Shown: positions 1-8,263, numbered from the stretch's first letter. The stretch is 36,085 nt of DNA from an uncultured Gammaproteobacteria bacterium (GCA_964431625.1 CAYSJT010000002.1:1-36085); one strand, 5' to 3'. A program made the numbers and translations. The notes: generated by a model from the letters alone, not told the origin.

Positions 1-58
<58 letters not shown>

Positions 59-300
59 AGTTTTGATTGGCTCAAAGGCGTTTCTGCCGAAGCAGATAGC
101 CCTTGATTATGTAGTTCCGTTTTTAAAAACGGATAAAATTTTTATGTTTCGAATTGATGCCGATTAGCATCAAAATTGAACATCACCATGATTGTTTGTT
201 ATTCGCTTGTTAACGTGCCCCCGAAATAGACAGAAAAAAACAGAGATAATCAATTATCTTGTTTTTCCTAGGATATTTCGTTTTGATTTTTAATAACCCC

Positions 301-329
301 ATTTTATACCAAAGCTACGGTGCTGTCAA
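301..329 (-). promoter_or_regulatory. Candidate rRNA operon promoter
   Basis: On the minus strand: TTGACA (329-324), 17 nt, TAAAAT (306-301). It lies about 235 nt upstream of the 16S 5' end. Confidence 0.45.
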
Positions 330-354
330 GGGCTGGAAAATGCCCATTTTTCGG

Positions 355-383
355 TTGACTTTTCCTGTTTTTCAGGCTATTAT
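355..383 (+). promoter_or_regulatory. Candidate sigma70 promoter for the 411 ORF / infC operon
   Basis: TTGACT (355-360), 17 nt, TATTAT (378-383). It is divergent from the rRNA promoter and about 28 nt upstream of ATG 411. Confidence 0.4.
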
Positions 384-410
384 TATCTCATATTAATTAA
401 TTACAAATCT

Positions 411-1184
411 ATGGGATTATTTGGCATGATGAAGTTTCATAATAATGATGAAGACTTCTTGGACAAGGCAAGTAAACACCCGGAAAGCGTTTCTGACAGG
501 CCGGGAGAAAGAGGTCCGGTTGACGATGAGACCACCTATAACGATCCCGGAATGGACGAGGCCTTGATCGGCGGCCAGGATAATCCGAAGGAATTTGAAA
601 ATCTCCGTAAGCCGGGTGGCGCCTATATTAATGTTGAAGACCTCCCAGCCGAGGACTATGAGGAAGCGCTAATAGCCAGGATAGACGCCAGCTTGCAAGA
701 GGAAATGAAGGATGCCGGTCCTGATCCTTATGGATACCGCGAGCTTGTTAGCAGCCTATTTGCCAGCTTTGACCGGAGCCCCAAGAAGCAGGAAGAGATT
801 AATAAGGAGATTAATGCTTTGTTGCCAAAAATAAACGGTTTTTTCAAGGAATATAAGGAGATATTATCTCAGGGCCTGGAAGATGATAAGGAAAAAGCAG
901 CTGTCCAGGCAGCCTTTGACCGCCATGTTGGCAAGATCGCTTATATCGATGCTGGCCGCCGCGAAGTTTTGCCGTCATTTGTCCAGGTCAGAAAGGCCCG
1001 CCCCGGACAGGACAGGGGTTTCAAGGTGACCGAAGAAAAAAGAAAGCCAACTCGTTTCTATCAATCAGGCCGGCCAGCTAGGGGAGATAAGGACGCGGCC
1101 AGGGAGGAACGGGACATAAAGGAAGACGCCGGTTTGCGGGTCTATAACCCGGCTACCGGCAGATACGAAAATTATAAAAAATAG
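411..1184 (+). CDS. Hypothetical protein, highly charged (D/E/K/R-rich), no domain recognised
   Basis: A 257-codon ORF with an ATG start. No competing long ORF covers most of its length, and it sits directly upstream of infC. Confidence 0.6.
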   Translation: MGLFGMMKFHNNDEDFLDKASKHPESVSDRPGERGPVDDETTYNDPGMDEALIGGQDNPKEFENLRKPGGAYINVEDLPAEDYEEALIARIDASLQEEMKDAGPDPYGYRELVSSLFASFDRSPKKQEEINKEINALLPKINGFFKEYKEILSQGLEDDKEKAAVQAAFDRHVGKIAYIDAGRREVLPSFVQVRKARPGQDRGFKVTEEKRKPTRFYQSGRPARGDKDAAREERDIKEDAGLRVYNPATGRYENYKK

Positions 1185-1193
1185 CTTAATACC

Positions 1194-1751
1194 ATGAGAA
1201 TCAAGTTCCACCGCGTAGAGAAGAAGGTTGAAGTCCCGATTTTCCGGGCTAATCATCAAATCAGAGTACCCGAAGTCTTTTTGATAGATGAAAATGGAGA
1301 AAGTGTCGGCCGTATAGATACGGAAAAAGCCATTCAAATGGCTAAGGAAGCTGATTTGGATTTGGTCGAGGTTAACCCTAAGGCTGATCCGCCAGTTGTG
1401 AAGATAGTAAATCTCGGTCAGCTGAAATATGAAAGGGAAAAGCAGGCGCACAAGCAGCGGATGCAGCAGAAGAAGGTGGAAACTAAGAGTATCCGCCTGA
1501 CTTTTAGAATCAGCGAACATGACGCATCTTTAAGATCGGCTCAGGCCGAGAAGTTTTTAGCTAAGGACAACAAAGTTAAGGTTGAGCTTATCCTTCGAGG
1601 CCGGGAAAGGCAGCATTTGCAGAAGGCTCGGGAATTGATTGAATCGTTTGTGACGAAAATTAAGGAAAATCCTGATTTGAAGCTGGAAGAGGAACAGCCC
1701 TTGACAAATCAAGGCGGAAGATTTACTATTATATTGGTCAATAGGAAATAA
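1194..1751 (+). CDS. infC: Translation initiation factor IF-3
   Basis: The product contains IRVPEVFLIDENGESVG...DLDLVEVNPKADPPVVKIVNLGQLKYE and a basic linker plus C-domain typical of IF-3. It sits in the conserved infC-rpmI-rplT order. The start codon choice is uncertain because IF-3 genes often use unusual starts. Confidence 0.93.
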   Translation: MRIKFHRVEKKVEVPIFRANHQIRVPEVFLIDENGESVGRIDTEKAIQMAKEADLDLVEVNPKADPPVVKIVNLGQLKYEREKQAHKQRMQQKKVETKSIRLTFRISEHDASLRSAQAEKFLAKDNKVKVELILRGRERQHLQKARELIESFVTKIKENPDLKLEEEQPLTNQGGRFTIILVNRK

Positions 1752-1794
1752 AAGGCCTTGTAATTCAGGTTTTTTGCCTGTTTTTTTAATCTTT

Positions 1795-1992
1795 ATGCCT
1801 AAAATTAAGACTCATCAAGCCACTGCCAAGCGTTTCAGAAAAACTCCTGGCAACAAGATAATTAAACGAAAGTCTGGACAGGATCATTTTAATTCCAGGG
1901 AATCAGGCAATACTACCAGGAAGAAGCGTCGGGATATCGCGGCTGATAATACTTTAGCCAAGACGATCAAGGCCCTGACCCCATATAAATAA
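1795..1992 (+). CDS. rpmI: 50S ribosomal protein L35
   Basis: MPKIKTHQATAKRFRKT... is the canonical L35 N-terminus. ATG 1795 gives 65 aa, and the TTG at 1774 in the ORF track is probably upstream of the real start. Confidence 0.93.
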   Translation: MPKIKTHQATAKRFRKTPGNKIIKRKSGQDHFNSRESGNTTRKKRRDIAADNTLAKTIKALTPYK

Positions 1993-2004
1993 AAATAAGC
2001 AAAT

Positions 2005-2352
2005 ATGCCTAGAGTAAAACGTGGCACCACTCATACTAAGAAAAGACGCACCCTGCTTAAATCGGTTAAAGGATATAAATGGGGTAGGAAGAAATTAGTT
2101 AAGCTGGCTAAGACTGCTCGGACCAAAGCCGGCGCTCATGCTTTTGTTGATCGCCGGAAGAAGAAGCGGACCATGCGTGGCCTCTGGCAGATTCGGATAG
2201 GCGCCTTTGTCAAGGAGCGGGGCTGGTCCTATTCTCGCTTCATGGCCGCCTTAAAAGCTGAAAAAATAGAAATTGATCGGAAGATACTGGCTGACTTAGC
2301 GGTTAATAATCCCGAATCATTGGAGGCGATTATCGCCAAGCTTAAGAAATAA
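2005..2352 (+). CDS. rplT: 50S ribosomal protein L20
   Basis: MPRVKRGTTHTKKRRTLLKSVKGYKWGR... is the canonical L20 sequence, and the gene follows rpmI. Confidence 0.95.
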   Translation: MPRVKRGTTHTKKRRTLLKSVKGYKWGRKKLVKLAKTARTKAGAHAFVDRRKKKRTMRGLWQIRIGAFVKERGWSYSRFMAALKAEKIEIDRKILADLAVNNPESLEAIIAKLKK

Positions 2353-2353
2353 T

Positions 2354-2575
2354 ATGATTTTTTGGATAAAAATCAGCCAGATAGTCGTAGCCATCTTATT
2401 GATGGTTGCCGTCCTGTTGCAAAGCCGCGGCTCCGGTTTGAGTGGCGCTTTTGGCGGCGGAGGCGGCGGCGTTTATCTTACTAAGCGCGGCCTGGAAAAG
2501 AAACTTTACATTGCTACTATAGTTTTAGCTATCATTTTCGTGCTTTTATCTCTAGCTGTTTTCGTGATAAAGTAA
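2354..2575 (+). CDS. secG: Preprotein translocase subunit SecG-like
   Basis: A 73-aa protein with two hydrophobic helices separated by a Gly-rich loop (LLQSRGSGLSGAFGGGGGG), which is the SecG pattern. Confidence 0.75.
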   Translation: MIFWIKISQIVVAILLMVAVLLQSRGSGLSGAFGGGGGGVYLTKRGLEKKLYIATIVLAIIFVLLSLAVFVIK

Positions 2576-2579
2576 AGCT

Positions 2580-4355
2580 GTGATCTTACTCAAGAAAAAA
2601 ATTACTGCTTGGCGGCTGAAATTAGCAAAGAGCCGGTTTTTTTCTATATTTAACCTCCATCTTCGTACCCAGGAAGAAATGGATAAGAGTTTAGTCTATT
2701 CCCTTTCTTCCAGAAAGATTCCCAACCGCGTTCAATTTAAATATTTGCGGCGCTTTTTAAATCCGCGCGAGCATTTAGTGATAAAAATTTGTCTTTTAAT
2801 TATATTAGTGAACGCCGTTTATCTTGGCATAGTTTTTTTCCGGAAGCACTTAGAGGCGACTCCTTTGCCCGGCGGCCAGTACATTGAAGGCGTTGTCGGT
2901 TATCCTAAGAACATCAATCCCCTATATGCTTCTAGCCGGGATATTGACGATGATTTAAGTCGGTTGATATATTCCCGCCTTTTCGCCTATGACACTTTCG
3001 GCCAGCTGGCGCCCGATATAGCCTCGAGCTATGAAATAAGCTCCGACGGCCGTGAATACATCATAAAAATAAGGGATGACGTGACTTGGCATAATGGCGG
3101 CCAGCTTAAAGCTGACGATGTTATTTTTACCTTTAATTTGATCAAGGATCCGGCCTATCGATCCTCTCTGGCGGCTAGTTTTTCCGGAGTAGACATTTCT
3201 AAAGTCGATGATTATACTTTGAAATTTTCATTAAGCGAGCCTTACGCCCCGTTTTTAGAGCTTCTCACTTTTGGGATAATGCCTGGGAATATTTGGAATA
3301 ACATAGATGCCAATAACGCTTCCCTGTCTGAATTGAATTTAAAGCCGGTCGGCTCCGGTCCGTATCGCTTCAAATCTTTAGTCAGAAACCGGGTGGGAGA
3401 TTTGAAGGAATACCGCCTAGCGGTTAATGACAATTATTATGGCCAGGCTCCCTATATCAAATCAATTACCTTCAAGTTCTATATTGACTACGCTCAAGCG
3501 ATAGAAGCTTTGAACGATGGCCAGGTTGACGGATTGAGCTATCTGCCGCTAGCTAACCGGGCCGAAGTCTTGGCCAAAAACTCCTTCTTCTTTTATGACT
3601 TGGTGCGCCCGCAAGTAATGGCGATTTTCTTTAATGGCGATAAGAATAAGCAGCTGGCCGATAAAGGCATCCGTTCTGCATTACGCTCCGCTTTGGATAA
3701 AGATAATTTGGTGAGCATTAGCTCCGAAGGGATATATCGGCGGGCAGACGGACCGATTTTGTCATTTAGCGCCGCTTATAACCCCGACATCATGCCAGTT
3801 CAATATGATCCGGAGGGCGCGGCTGTAGCCTTGGGCGGGAAGTCAATCGCCCTGACTATTACGGTGGTTGATTATGGAAATAATTTGTCGGTGGCCCAAG
3901 CCGTCAAGGATTATTGGGAAAAGGCGGGGGTAAAAGTAGATTTAAAGATAGTTTCCGCCGAGCAGGCTGCAGATTTGATTAAGAGTCGGGACTTTGAGAT
4001 CATACTTTATGGTCAGGCGATTGGGGGAGACCCCGATATTTATGCTTTTTGGCATTCTTCCCAATCGGGCGCTTCTGGCTTGAATTTAGCGGGTTATCGC
4101 AGCGAAGCAGCAGATAAGCTCCTATCCGAAGCCCGCACCTCCGTTGTTTTAGCTGATCGGATTGAAAAATATCGGCAGTTCCAAGAAATTTTGAATACAG
4201 ACGTTCCGGCGATATTTCTTTATTCGCCGACGTATACTTATATCCACCGCAAAAGCATCAAAGGCTTTTCCGGAGACGTGCTAATCAAGCCGGCTGACCG
4301 TTTTAGCGGCATAGCTGGTTGGTACGTTCGAACCAAGAAAAAATTAGCCTGGTAG
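2580..4355 (+). CDS. ABC-transporter family-5 (peptide/nickel, OppA/DppA-like) substrate-binding protein, N-terminally membrane anchored
   Basis: 591 aa with one N-terminal TM helix followed by an SBP_bac_5-like body (DVTWHNG..., PYRFK..., LYGQAIGGDPDIYAFWHS). GTG start at 2580; an internal ATG at 2679 is an alternative start. Confidence 0.8.
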   Translation: MILLKKKITAWRLKLAKSRFFSIFNLHLRTQEEMDKSLVYSLSSRKIPNRVQFKYLRRFLNPREHLVIKICLLIILVNAVYLGIVFFRKHLEATPLPGGQYIEGVVGYPKNINPLYASSRDIDDDLSRLIYSRLFAYDTFGQLAPDIASSYEISSDGREYIIKIRDDVTWHNGGQLKADDVIFTFNLIKDPAYRSSLAASFSGVDISKVDDYTLKFSLSEPYAPFLELLTFGIMPGNIWNNIDANNASLSELNLKPVGSGPYRFKSLVRNRVGDLKEYRLAVNDNYYGQAPYIKSITFKFYIDYAQAIEALNDGQVDGLSYLPLANRAEVLAKNSFFFYDLVRPQVMAIFFNGDKNKQLADKGIRSALRSALDKDNLVSISSEGIYRRADGPILSFSAAYNPDIMPVQYDPEGAAVALGGKSIALTITVVDYGNNLSVAQAVKDYWEKAGVKVDLKIVSAEQAADLIKSRDFEIILYGQAIGGDPDIYAFWHSSQSGASGLNLAGYRSEAADKLLSEARTSVVLADRIEKYRQFQEILNTDVPAIFLYSPTYTYIHRKSIKGFSGDVLIKPADRFSGIAGWYVRTKKKLAW

Positions 4356-4399
4356 GGCACCTACCCGGCTCTCTCATAAAACTTAATAAACCAAAACAC

Positions 4400-6196
4400 A
4401 TGTTGAACAGAACCAGCGTTTCCGCCGGCTCGCGCCCGCGTAAACAATTTATCAACCGGCATAAGAGGCCGGTTTCCGGCCAGGCCAAGGTCTTGAAGAA
4501 AGAATTCGGTCCGGCCGACAATCCTTTGAGGGTGATTGTCTTGGGCGGGCTTGAAGAAGTCGGCCGCAATATGACGGTCATTGAATACAAGAAAGAGATA
4601 ATCATCATCGACATGGGCCTGCAATTCCCAGAGGAAGACATGCCCGGCATCGATTACATTATCCCTAATACCGCTTATCTACACGACAAGAAGGATTGGA
4701 TCAAGGGCGTGATAATCACTCACGGCCACTATGATCACATCGGCGGCATCCCCCATATCATGGGCATGATTGGCAACCCCCCCATGTTTATGGGTAAAAT
4801 GACCGCCGGCCTGGTGCGCAAGCGCCACGTTGATTATCGCAATGCTCCTCAGCTGAAGATTAAGGAAATAGATGAAACGAGCTCAATTAAACTCGGTTCA
4901 GTTTTTCAGATTGAGTTTTTACGCGTCAATCATTCCATTCCGGATTGTTTTGCCGTTATCATTAAAACCGATCTGGGCACGGTCATCCATACCGGAGACT
5001 TCAAGATAGATTTTTCTCCGGTTAATGACAAGCCGGCCGACCTGAACCGCATTGCCCAGATAGGCGCCCAAGGGGTGCTGATGCTCATGATTGATTCGAC
5101 CGACGCCACTCATCCCGGTTATCAGATATCCGAGTCGGCTATCGGCGACGAGATGGGCAAACTCATTGACAAGATAGAGGGGCGGGTAATCATCGGTACT
5201 TTTGCCTCCCAGATAAGCCGTGTCCAGAAGATAATGGATTTGGCTGCCAGGTACGGCCGCCGCGTCAGCCTTCAGGGCCGGAGCATGAATAGTAACGTAG
5301 AAATCGCCCATCAGATTGGCTACCTTAAATTTAACCCCAAGATTTTGATTGATGACAAGGAGCTTAACCGTCTCCCGGACAATAAGGTCCTTATTATCGG
5401 TACCGGAGCCCAGGGGGAGAAGAATGCTTTTTTAAAGCGTGTCGTCAATGGCGAACATCGCGTTGTTCATCTAAAACCCGGCGACACCGTGCTCTTCTCT
5501 TCCTCGGTCATTCCTGGAAACGAGCGCAGTATTCAGAACCTAATGGACATGGTCGTGCGCCAAGGCGCTAAAATTATCCACTATAGAATGCTTGATATTC
5601 ACGCTGGCGGACACGCCAAACAGGAAGATTTGAAGCTGACCATGCGCCTTTTCAAGCCTGAATACTTAATGCCTATAGAAGCTAATCATTATATGCTTCA
5701 GGCTAACGCCGAGTTAGCCTTGGCCGTCGGCATTCCAGGGGAGAAGATATTCGTGGCCGACAACGGCCAAGTTGTCGAATTTCGGCGTGGCGGCGATGGC
5801 CGCCCAGTCGGAAAGTTAACGAAAGAGAAGGTTCCCGCTGACTACGTCATGGTGGACGGCTTGGGGGTCGGGGATGTTTCCGAAGTTGTCCTGCGCGACC
5901 GCCGCATGATGGCTGATGACGGCATGATTGTGGTGATAATGACGATTGATGCCAAGACCGGCGATATTATCGGTAATCCTGATTTAATTTCCCGTGGCTT
6001 TATCTATATGAAAGAGAGCCGTGATCTTATTGAACAAACCAGGGCGAGGGTGAAAAAGATAGTTAAAGACAAGAATCCTCTTACCCCGGCCGACGATGAT
6101 TATATTAAGAACAAGATTAGAAATGACATCGGCCAATTCCTTTTTAACTCCACTAAGCGGCGCCCCATGGTGCTTCCGGTAGTAATAAAAGTGTAA
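4400..6196 (+). CDS. rnj: Ribonuclease J (metallo-beta-lactamase / beta-CASP RNase)
   Basis: Contains the HGHYDHIGG zinc motif, LRVIVLGGLEEVGRNMTVIEY, and the beta-CASP and C-terminal domains. ATG 4400 is preferred over the upstream start at 4319, which overlaps the preceding gene. Confidence 0.9.
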   Translation: MLNRTSVSAGSRPRKQFINRHKRPVSGQAKVLKKEFGPADNPLRVIVLGGLEEVGRNMTVIEYKKEIIIIDMGLQFPEEDMPGIDYIIPNTAYLHDKKDWIKGVIITHGHYDHIGGIPHIMGMIGNPPMFMGKMTAGLVRKRHVDYRNAPQLKIKEIDETSSIKLGSVFQIEFLRVNHSIPDCFAVIIKTDLGTVIHTGDFKIDFSPVNDKPADLNRIAQIGAQGVLMLMIDSTDATHPGYQISESAIGDEMGKLIDKIEGRVIIGTFASQISRVQKIMDLAARYGRRVSLQGRSMNSNVEIAHQIGYLKFNPKILIDDKELNRLPDNKVLIIGTGAQGEKNAFLKRVVNGEHRVVHLKPGDTVLFSSSVIPGNERSIQNLMDMVVRQGAKIIHYRMLDIHAGGHAKQEDLKLTMRLFKPEYLMPIEANHYMLQANAELALAVGIPGEKIFVADNGQVVEFRRGGDGRPVGKLTKEKVPADYVMVDGLGVGDVSEVVLRDRRMMADDGMIVVIMTIDAKTGDIIGNPDLISRGFIYMKESRDLIEQTRARVKKIVKDKNPLTPADDDYIKNKIRNDIGQFLFNSTKRRPMVLPVVIKV

Positions 6197-6216
6197 TAAT
6201 TATACTTATATTTAAC

Positions 6217-6247
6217 AAAAAAGCCTGTTAATCAACAGGCTTTTTTG
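6217..6247 (+). terminator. Rho-independent terminator after rnj
   Basis: AGCCTGTT (6222-6229), loop AATC, AACAGGCT (6234-6241), then TTTTT. An A-tract lies upstream. Confidence 0.8.
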
Positions 6248-6287
6248 TTATTACTTTGTCCCTGTGTTTATTCTGTGGATAAAAGTA

Positions 6288-6316
6288 TTGACAAATGATT
6301 TCTACTATGATATATT
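6288..6316 (+). promoter_or_regulatory. Candidate sigma70 promoter with no protein gene downstream
   Basis: TTGACA (6288-6293), 17 nt, TATATT (6311-6316). Confidence 0.5.
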
Positions 6317-6322
6317 ACTAAG

Positions 6323-6474
6323 TTGCTTTTTGACAGCTTAAATAGCAAAAGACCGGTTTGAACGGGTCAGGCACGACAAGCATGGGGATTTTCTTGCTAG
6401 GGTTTTTCTGGCTTTTCAGCTCGAAAGTGCCTAGAAGAAATTTTCTTGCCTACCCGTTTAAGCCGGTCTTTTTT
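6323..6474 (+). ncRNA. Candidate small structured RNA (about 150 nt), class unknown
   Basis: A consensus promoter lies upstream. A 19-bp closing helix forms between 6349-6367 and 6452-6470. It contains two G-U pairs that would be A-C mismatches on the other strand. An inner AGGCAC/GTGCCT helix (6369-6374 / 6427-6432) is present, and the element ends in a U-tract at 6469-6475. Confidence 0.35.
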
Positions 6475-7211
6475 TATTCGAACATCCTGCCTTTGCCGAC
6501 AATGACATTAAGCTTATCTTTAATGACGCTGAAATTTACCGGCGTCTCCATTTCTATCACTCCGTCTATAAGCAGCTTTTCTTTGGGATTAGAGAGGCGG
6601 AACTTGGCGGCTCTAATGAAGCTCTCATCTCGCTTGCGGGCTCGGATCAGAATTTCTAGCTTCCCGTCATGAGGGTTGGAGGGGATTTTTTCTTTTAGGT
6701 CGTTAAGGAGATTAATTATTTTTACCTCCCCTTTCTCGGAGGATTCTAGACTATAGTCGCCTATTTCTATGATTGTCCCCTGACTAGGTATCGTTGCCTG
6801 GTTTAGGAAATAATGGTTGCCGGCCAATCCGAGATCGATTTTCTCTATCCGACGAGCTAAGATTATATTACACGCCTCTTCTTCATCGGTAATGCCGAAA
6901 GAAGTGGCGATGGAGTTATCATTGCCGATAGGGATGACGCCAATAACCGTCTTTTTTTGAAAATCGCCGTAGGCATCTGCTTCTATTACGGCCCCGATTA
7001 TTCGGTTAAGAGTCTGGTTATTGCCAACGGCGACTATGGTTTTAGCCCCTAATTTAACCTCATTTTGGATAGTATTTTTGATGTTCTTTAGGCCGCCCAG
7101 CCTAATAATTTTTCCATTGAGCCCCAAGTCAGTCAGGCGTATTTCTACGCGGTTTATCGCTCGGCTATACTTTCCTCGGCTGAGATAATCATCGTATATG
7201 TATACGTGCAT
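6474..7211 (-). CDS. Diacylglycerol/lipid kinase catalytic-domain (DAGK_cat / YegS-like) protein with a degenerate GGDGT motif
   Basis: 245 aa. IVAVGNNQTLNRIIGAV aligns to the xxGGDGTxNxxxxxL motif, and IGVIPIGNDNSIATSFGI aligns to the PxGTGNDFAR motif of this fold. Confidence 0.7.
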   Translation of the reverse strand: MHVYIYDDYLSRGKYSRAINRVEIRLTDLGLNGKIIRLGGLKNIKNTIQNEVKLGAKTIVAVGNNQTLNRIIGAVIEADAYGDFQKKTVIGVIPIGNDNSIATSFGITDEEEACNIILARRIEKIDLGLAGNHYFLNQATIPSQGTIIEIGDYSLESSEKGEVKIINLLNDLKEKIPSNPHDGKLEILIRARKRDESFIRAAKFRLSNPKEKLLIDGVIEMETPVNFSVIKDKLNVIVGKGRMFE

Positions 7212-7244
7212 AGGCTTTTTGGGTTTTGTTCAACCCGGTTATCC

Positions 7245-7643
7245 TTATTCAGCCTTTTCTTCTTCTTTCTTCGCCTCCTGTTTTTTGCCGTTTTCACCGA
7301 AAGCCAGCATTTGGCCGTTAATAATAGCGCCTCTTTCGACAGAGATTTCTCCGTATTGGATATCTCCAGTTATCCGCGCCGTTGATCCGAGGGCTAGATA
7401 TGATTTGCTTTTAACATTGCCGTTTAAAACCCCGTTGATTATCGCCTCCTTAGCCTCAATATTGGCCGTGACCCTGGCCTTGTCTCCGATGTAGATGTTA
7501 GCCTCGGTTTTTAGAGAGCCTTCCAGGCAGCCCTCAATAATGATGTTGCCTTGGCCTTGGAAATTTCCCTTGACCTTGATGGATGAGCCGATGATTGTTT
7601 CGGCATCTTTGAATCTTTCTGGCTTGTTTTCTTTGTTGAACAT
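7245..7643 (-). CDS. Bactofilin (polymer-forming cytoskeletal protein, DUF583)
   Basis: Repetitive beta-helix pattern IKVKGNFQGQGNIIIEGCLEGSLKTEANIYIGDKARVTANIEAKEAIINGVLNGNV...ITGDIQYGEISVERGAIINGQ, with an acidic/lysine-rich tail. Confidence 0.85.
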   Translation of the reverse strand: MFNKENKPERFKDAETIIGSSIKVKGNFQGQGNIIIEGCLEGSLKTEANIYIGDKARVTANIEAKEAIINGVLNGNVKSKSYLALGSTARITGDIQYGEISVERGAIINGQMLAFGENGKKQEAKKEEEKAE

Positions 7644-7723
7644 ATAGATGGAAAAACAAGGCTTGCTCTTTTTGCTGGCAAGCTGTATTATTTAATCAAA
7701 ATTAACTGTCTGATTACGCTTTT

Positions 7724-7752
7724 ATTTTAGGCTAATTACTAAGCCCTGTCAA
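7724..7752 (-). promoter_or_regulatory. Candidate promoter for the bactofilin / lipid-kinase-like operon
   Basis: On the minus strand: TTGACA (7752-7747), 17 nt, TAAAAT (7729-7724). Confidence 0.45.
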
Positions 7753-7761
7753 AGATGAGTT

Positions 7762-7790
7762 TTGAAAATACAAGCGATTCAGGATAATAT
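7762..7790 (+). promoter_or_regulatory. Candidate promoter for tRNA-Arg
   Basis: TTGAAA (7762-7767), 17 nt, TAATAT (7785-7790), about 30 nt upstream of the tRNA. Confidence 0.45.
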
Positions 7791-7819
7791 TAAAGAGCCG
7801 GGCCAATTAGAGGCTTTAA

Positions 7820-7891
7820 GTCCTCATAGTTCAATGGATAGAACGAGAATCTCCTAAGTTCTAGATCCAGGTTCGACTCCTGGTGAGGACA
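7820..7891 (+). tRNA. tRNA-Arg (anticodon CCU)
   Basis: A hand-folded cloverleaf: acceptor GTCCTCA/TGAGGAC, anticodon stem AGAAT/GTTCT, loop CTCCTAA, T-arm CCAGG-TTCGACT-CCTGG. 72 nt, with no encoded CCA. Confidence 0.9.
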
Positions 7892-7960
7892 CAGTTAGGG
7901 TTTATAATAAAATTAGATTTTTGTCAATAATATACTATTTTTTGTTTAATATTAGCTATA

Positions 7961-7988
7961 TTGACTTTATTTGTTAATAATGTATAAT
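7961..7988 (+). promoter_or_regulatory. Candidate promoter for tRNA-Ala
   Basis: TTGACT (7961-7966), 16 nt, TATAAT (7983-7988). Confidence 0.45.
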
Positions 7989-8045
7989 ATCTATAATTAA
8001 ACTATTTTTAGTATAAAAAGCATTTTGTTCTTCAAAGAACACTTT

Positions 8046-8119
8046 GGGCCATTAGCTCAGTTGGCTAGAGCGCTTCCATGGCATGGAAGAGGTCAAGGGT
8101 TCAAGTCCCTTATGGTCCA
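8046..8119 (+). tRNA. tRNA-Ala (anticodon GGC)
   Basis: Acceptor GGGCCAT/ATGGTCC includes the G3:U70 alanine identity pair. Anticodon stem CTTCC/GGAAG, loop ATGGCAT, T-arm AAGGG-TTCAAGT-CCCTT. 74 nt. Confidence 0.92.
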
Positions 8120-8125
8120 CATAGG

Positions 8126-8149
8126 AGCAGCCGCTACGTGGCTGTTTTT
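8126..8149 (+). terminator. Rho-independent terminator after tRNA-Ala
   Basis: CAGCC (8128-8132), 7-nt loop, GGCTG (8140-8144), then TTTTT. Confidence 0.6.
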
Positions 8150-8263
8150 ATAATTCAATAATTTAATAATCATCATTAGATCATTTATTCTTTTAAATAA
8201 AAAAACATTGAATCATGTTCTGCGCAGAACATTCTATTTAATGATATTCACAGGCACTATCTA

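Noticed and set aside
1065-1520. 151-aa minus-strand ORF overlapping the 411 ORF and infC
   Set aside because: It is antisense to a clearly conserved IF-3 coding sequence. Its odd composition is typical of a shadow ORF.
4303-4650. Two minus-strand ORFs (115 and 87 aa) at the SBP / RNase J junction
   Set aside because: They are antisense to the conserved N-terminal region of RNase J and show no independent signals.
6358-6672. 104-aa plus-strand ORF
   Set aside because: It has a TTG-type start and a low-complexity S/L/F-rich product. It runs antisense through the lipid-kinase-like gene. Its 5' part coincides with the candidate structured RNA, which explains the region better.
7198-7494. 98-aa plus-strand ORF
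   Set aside because: It is antisense to the bactofilin gene, whose repeat pattern is unmistakable.
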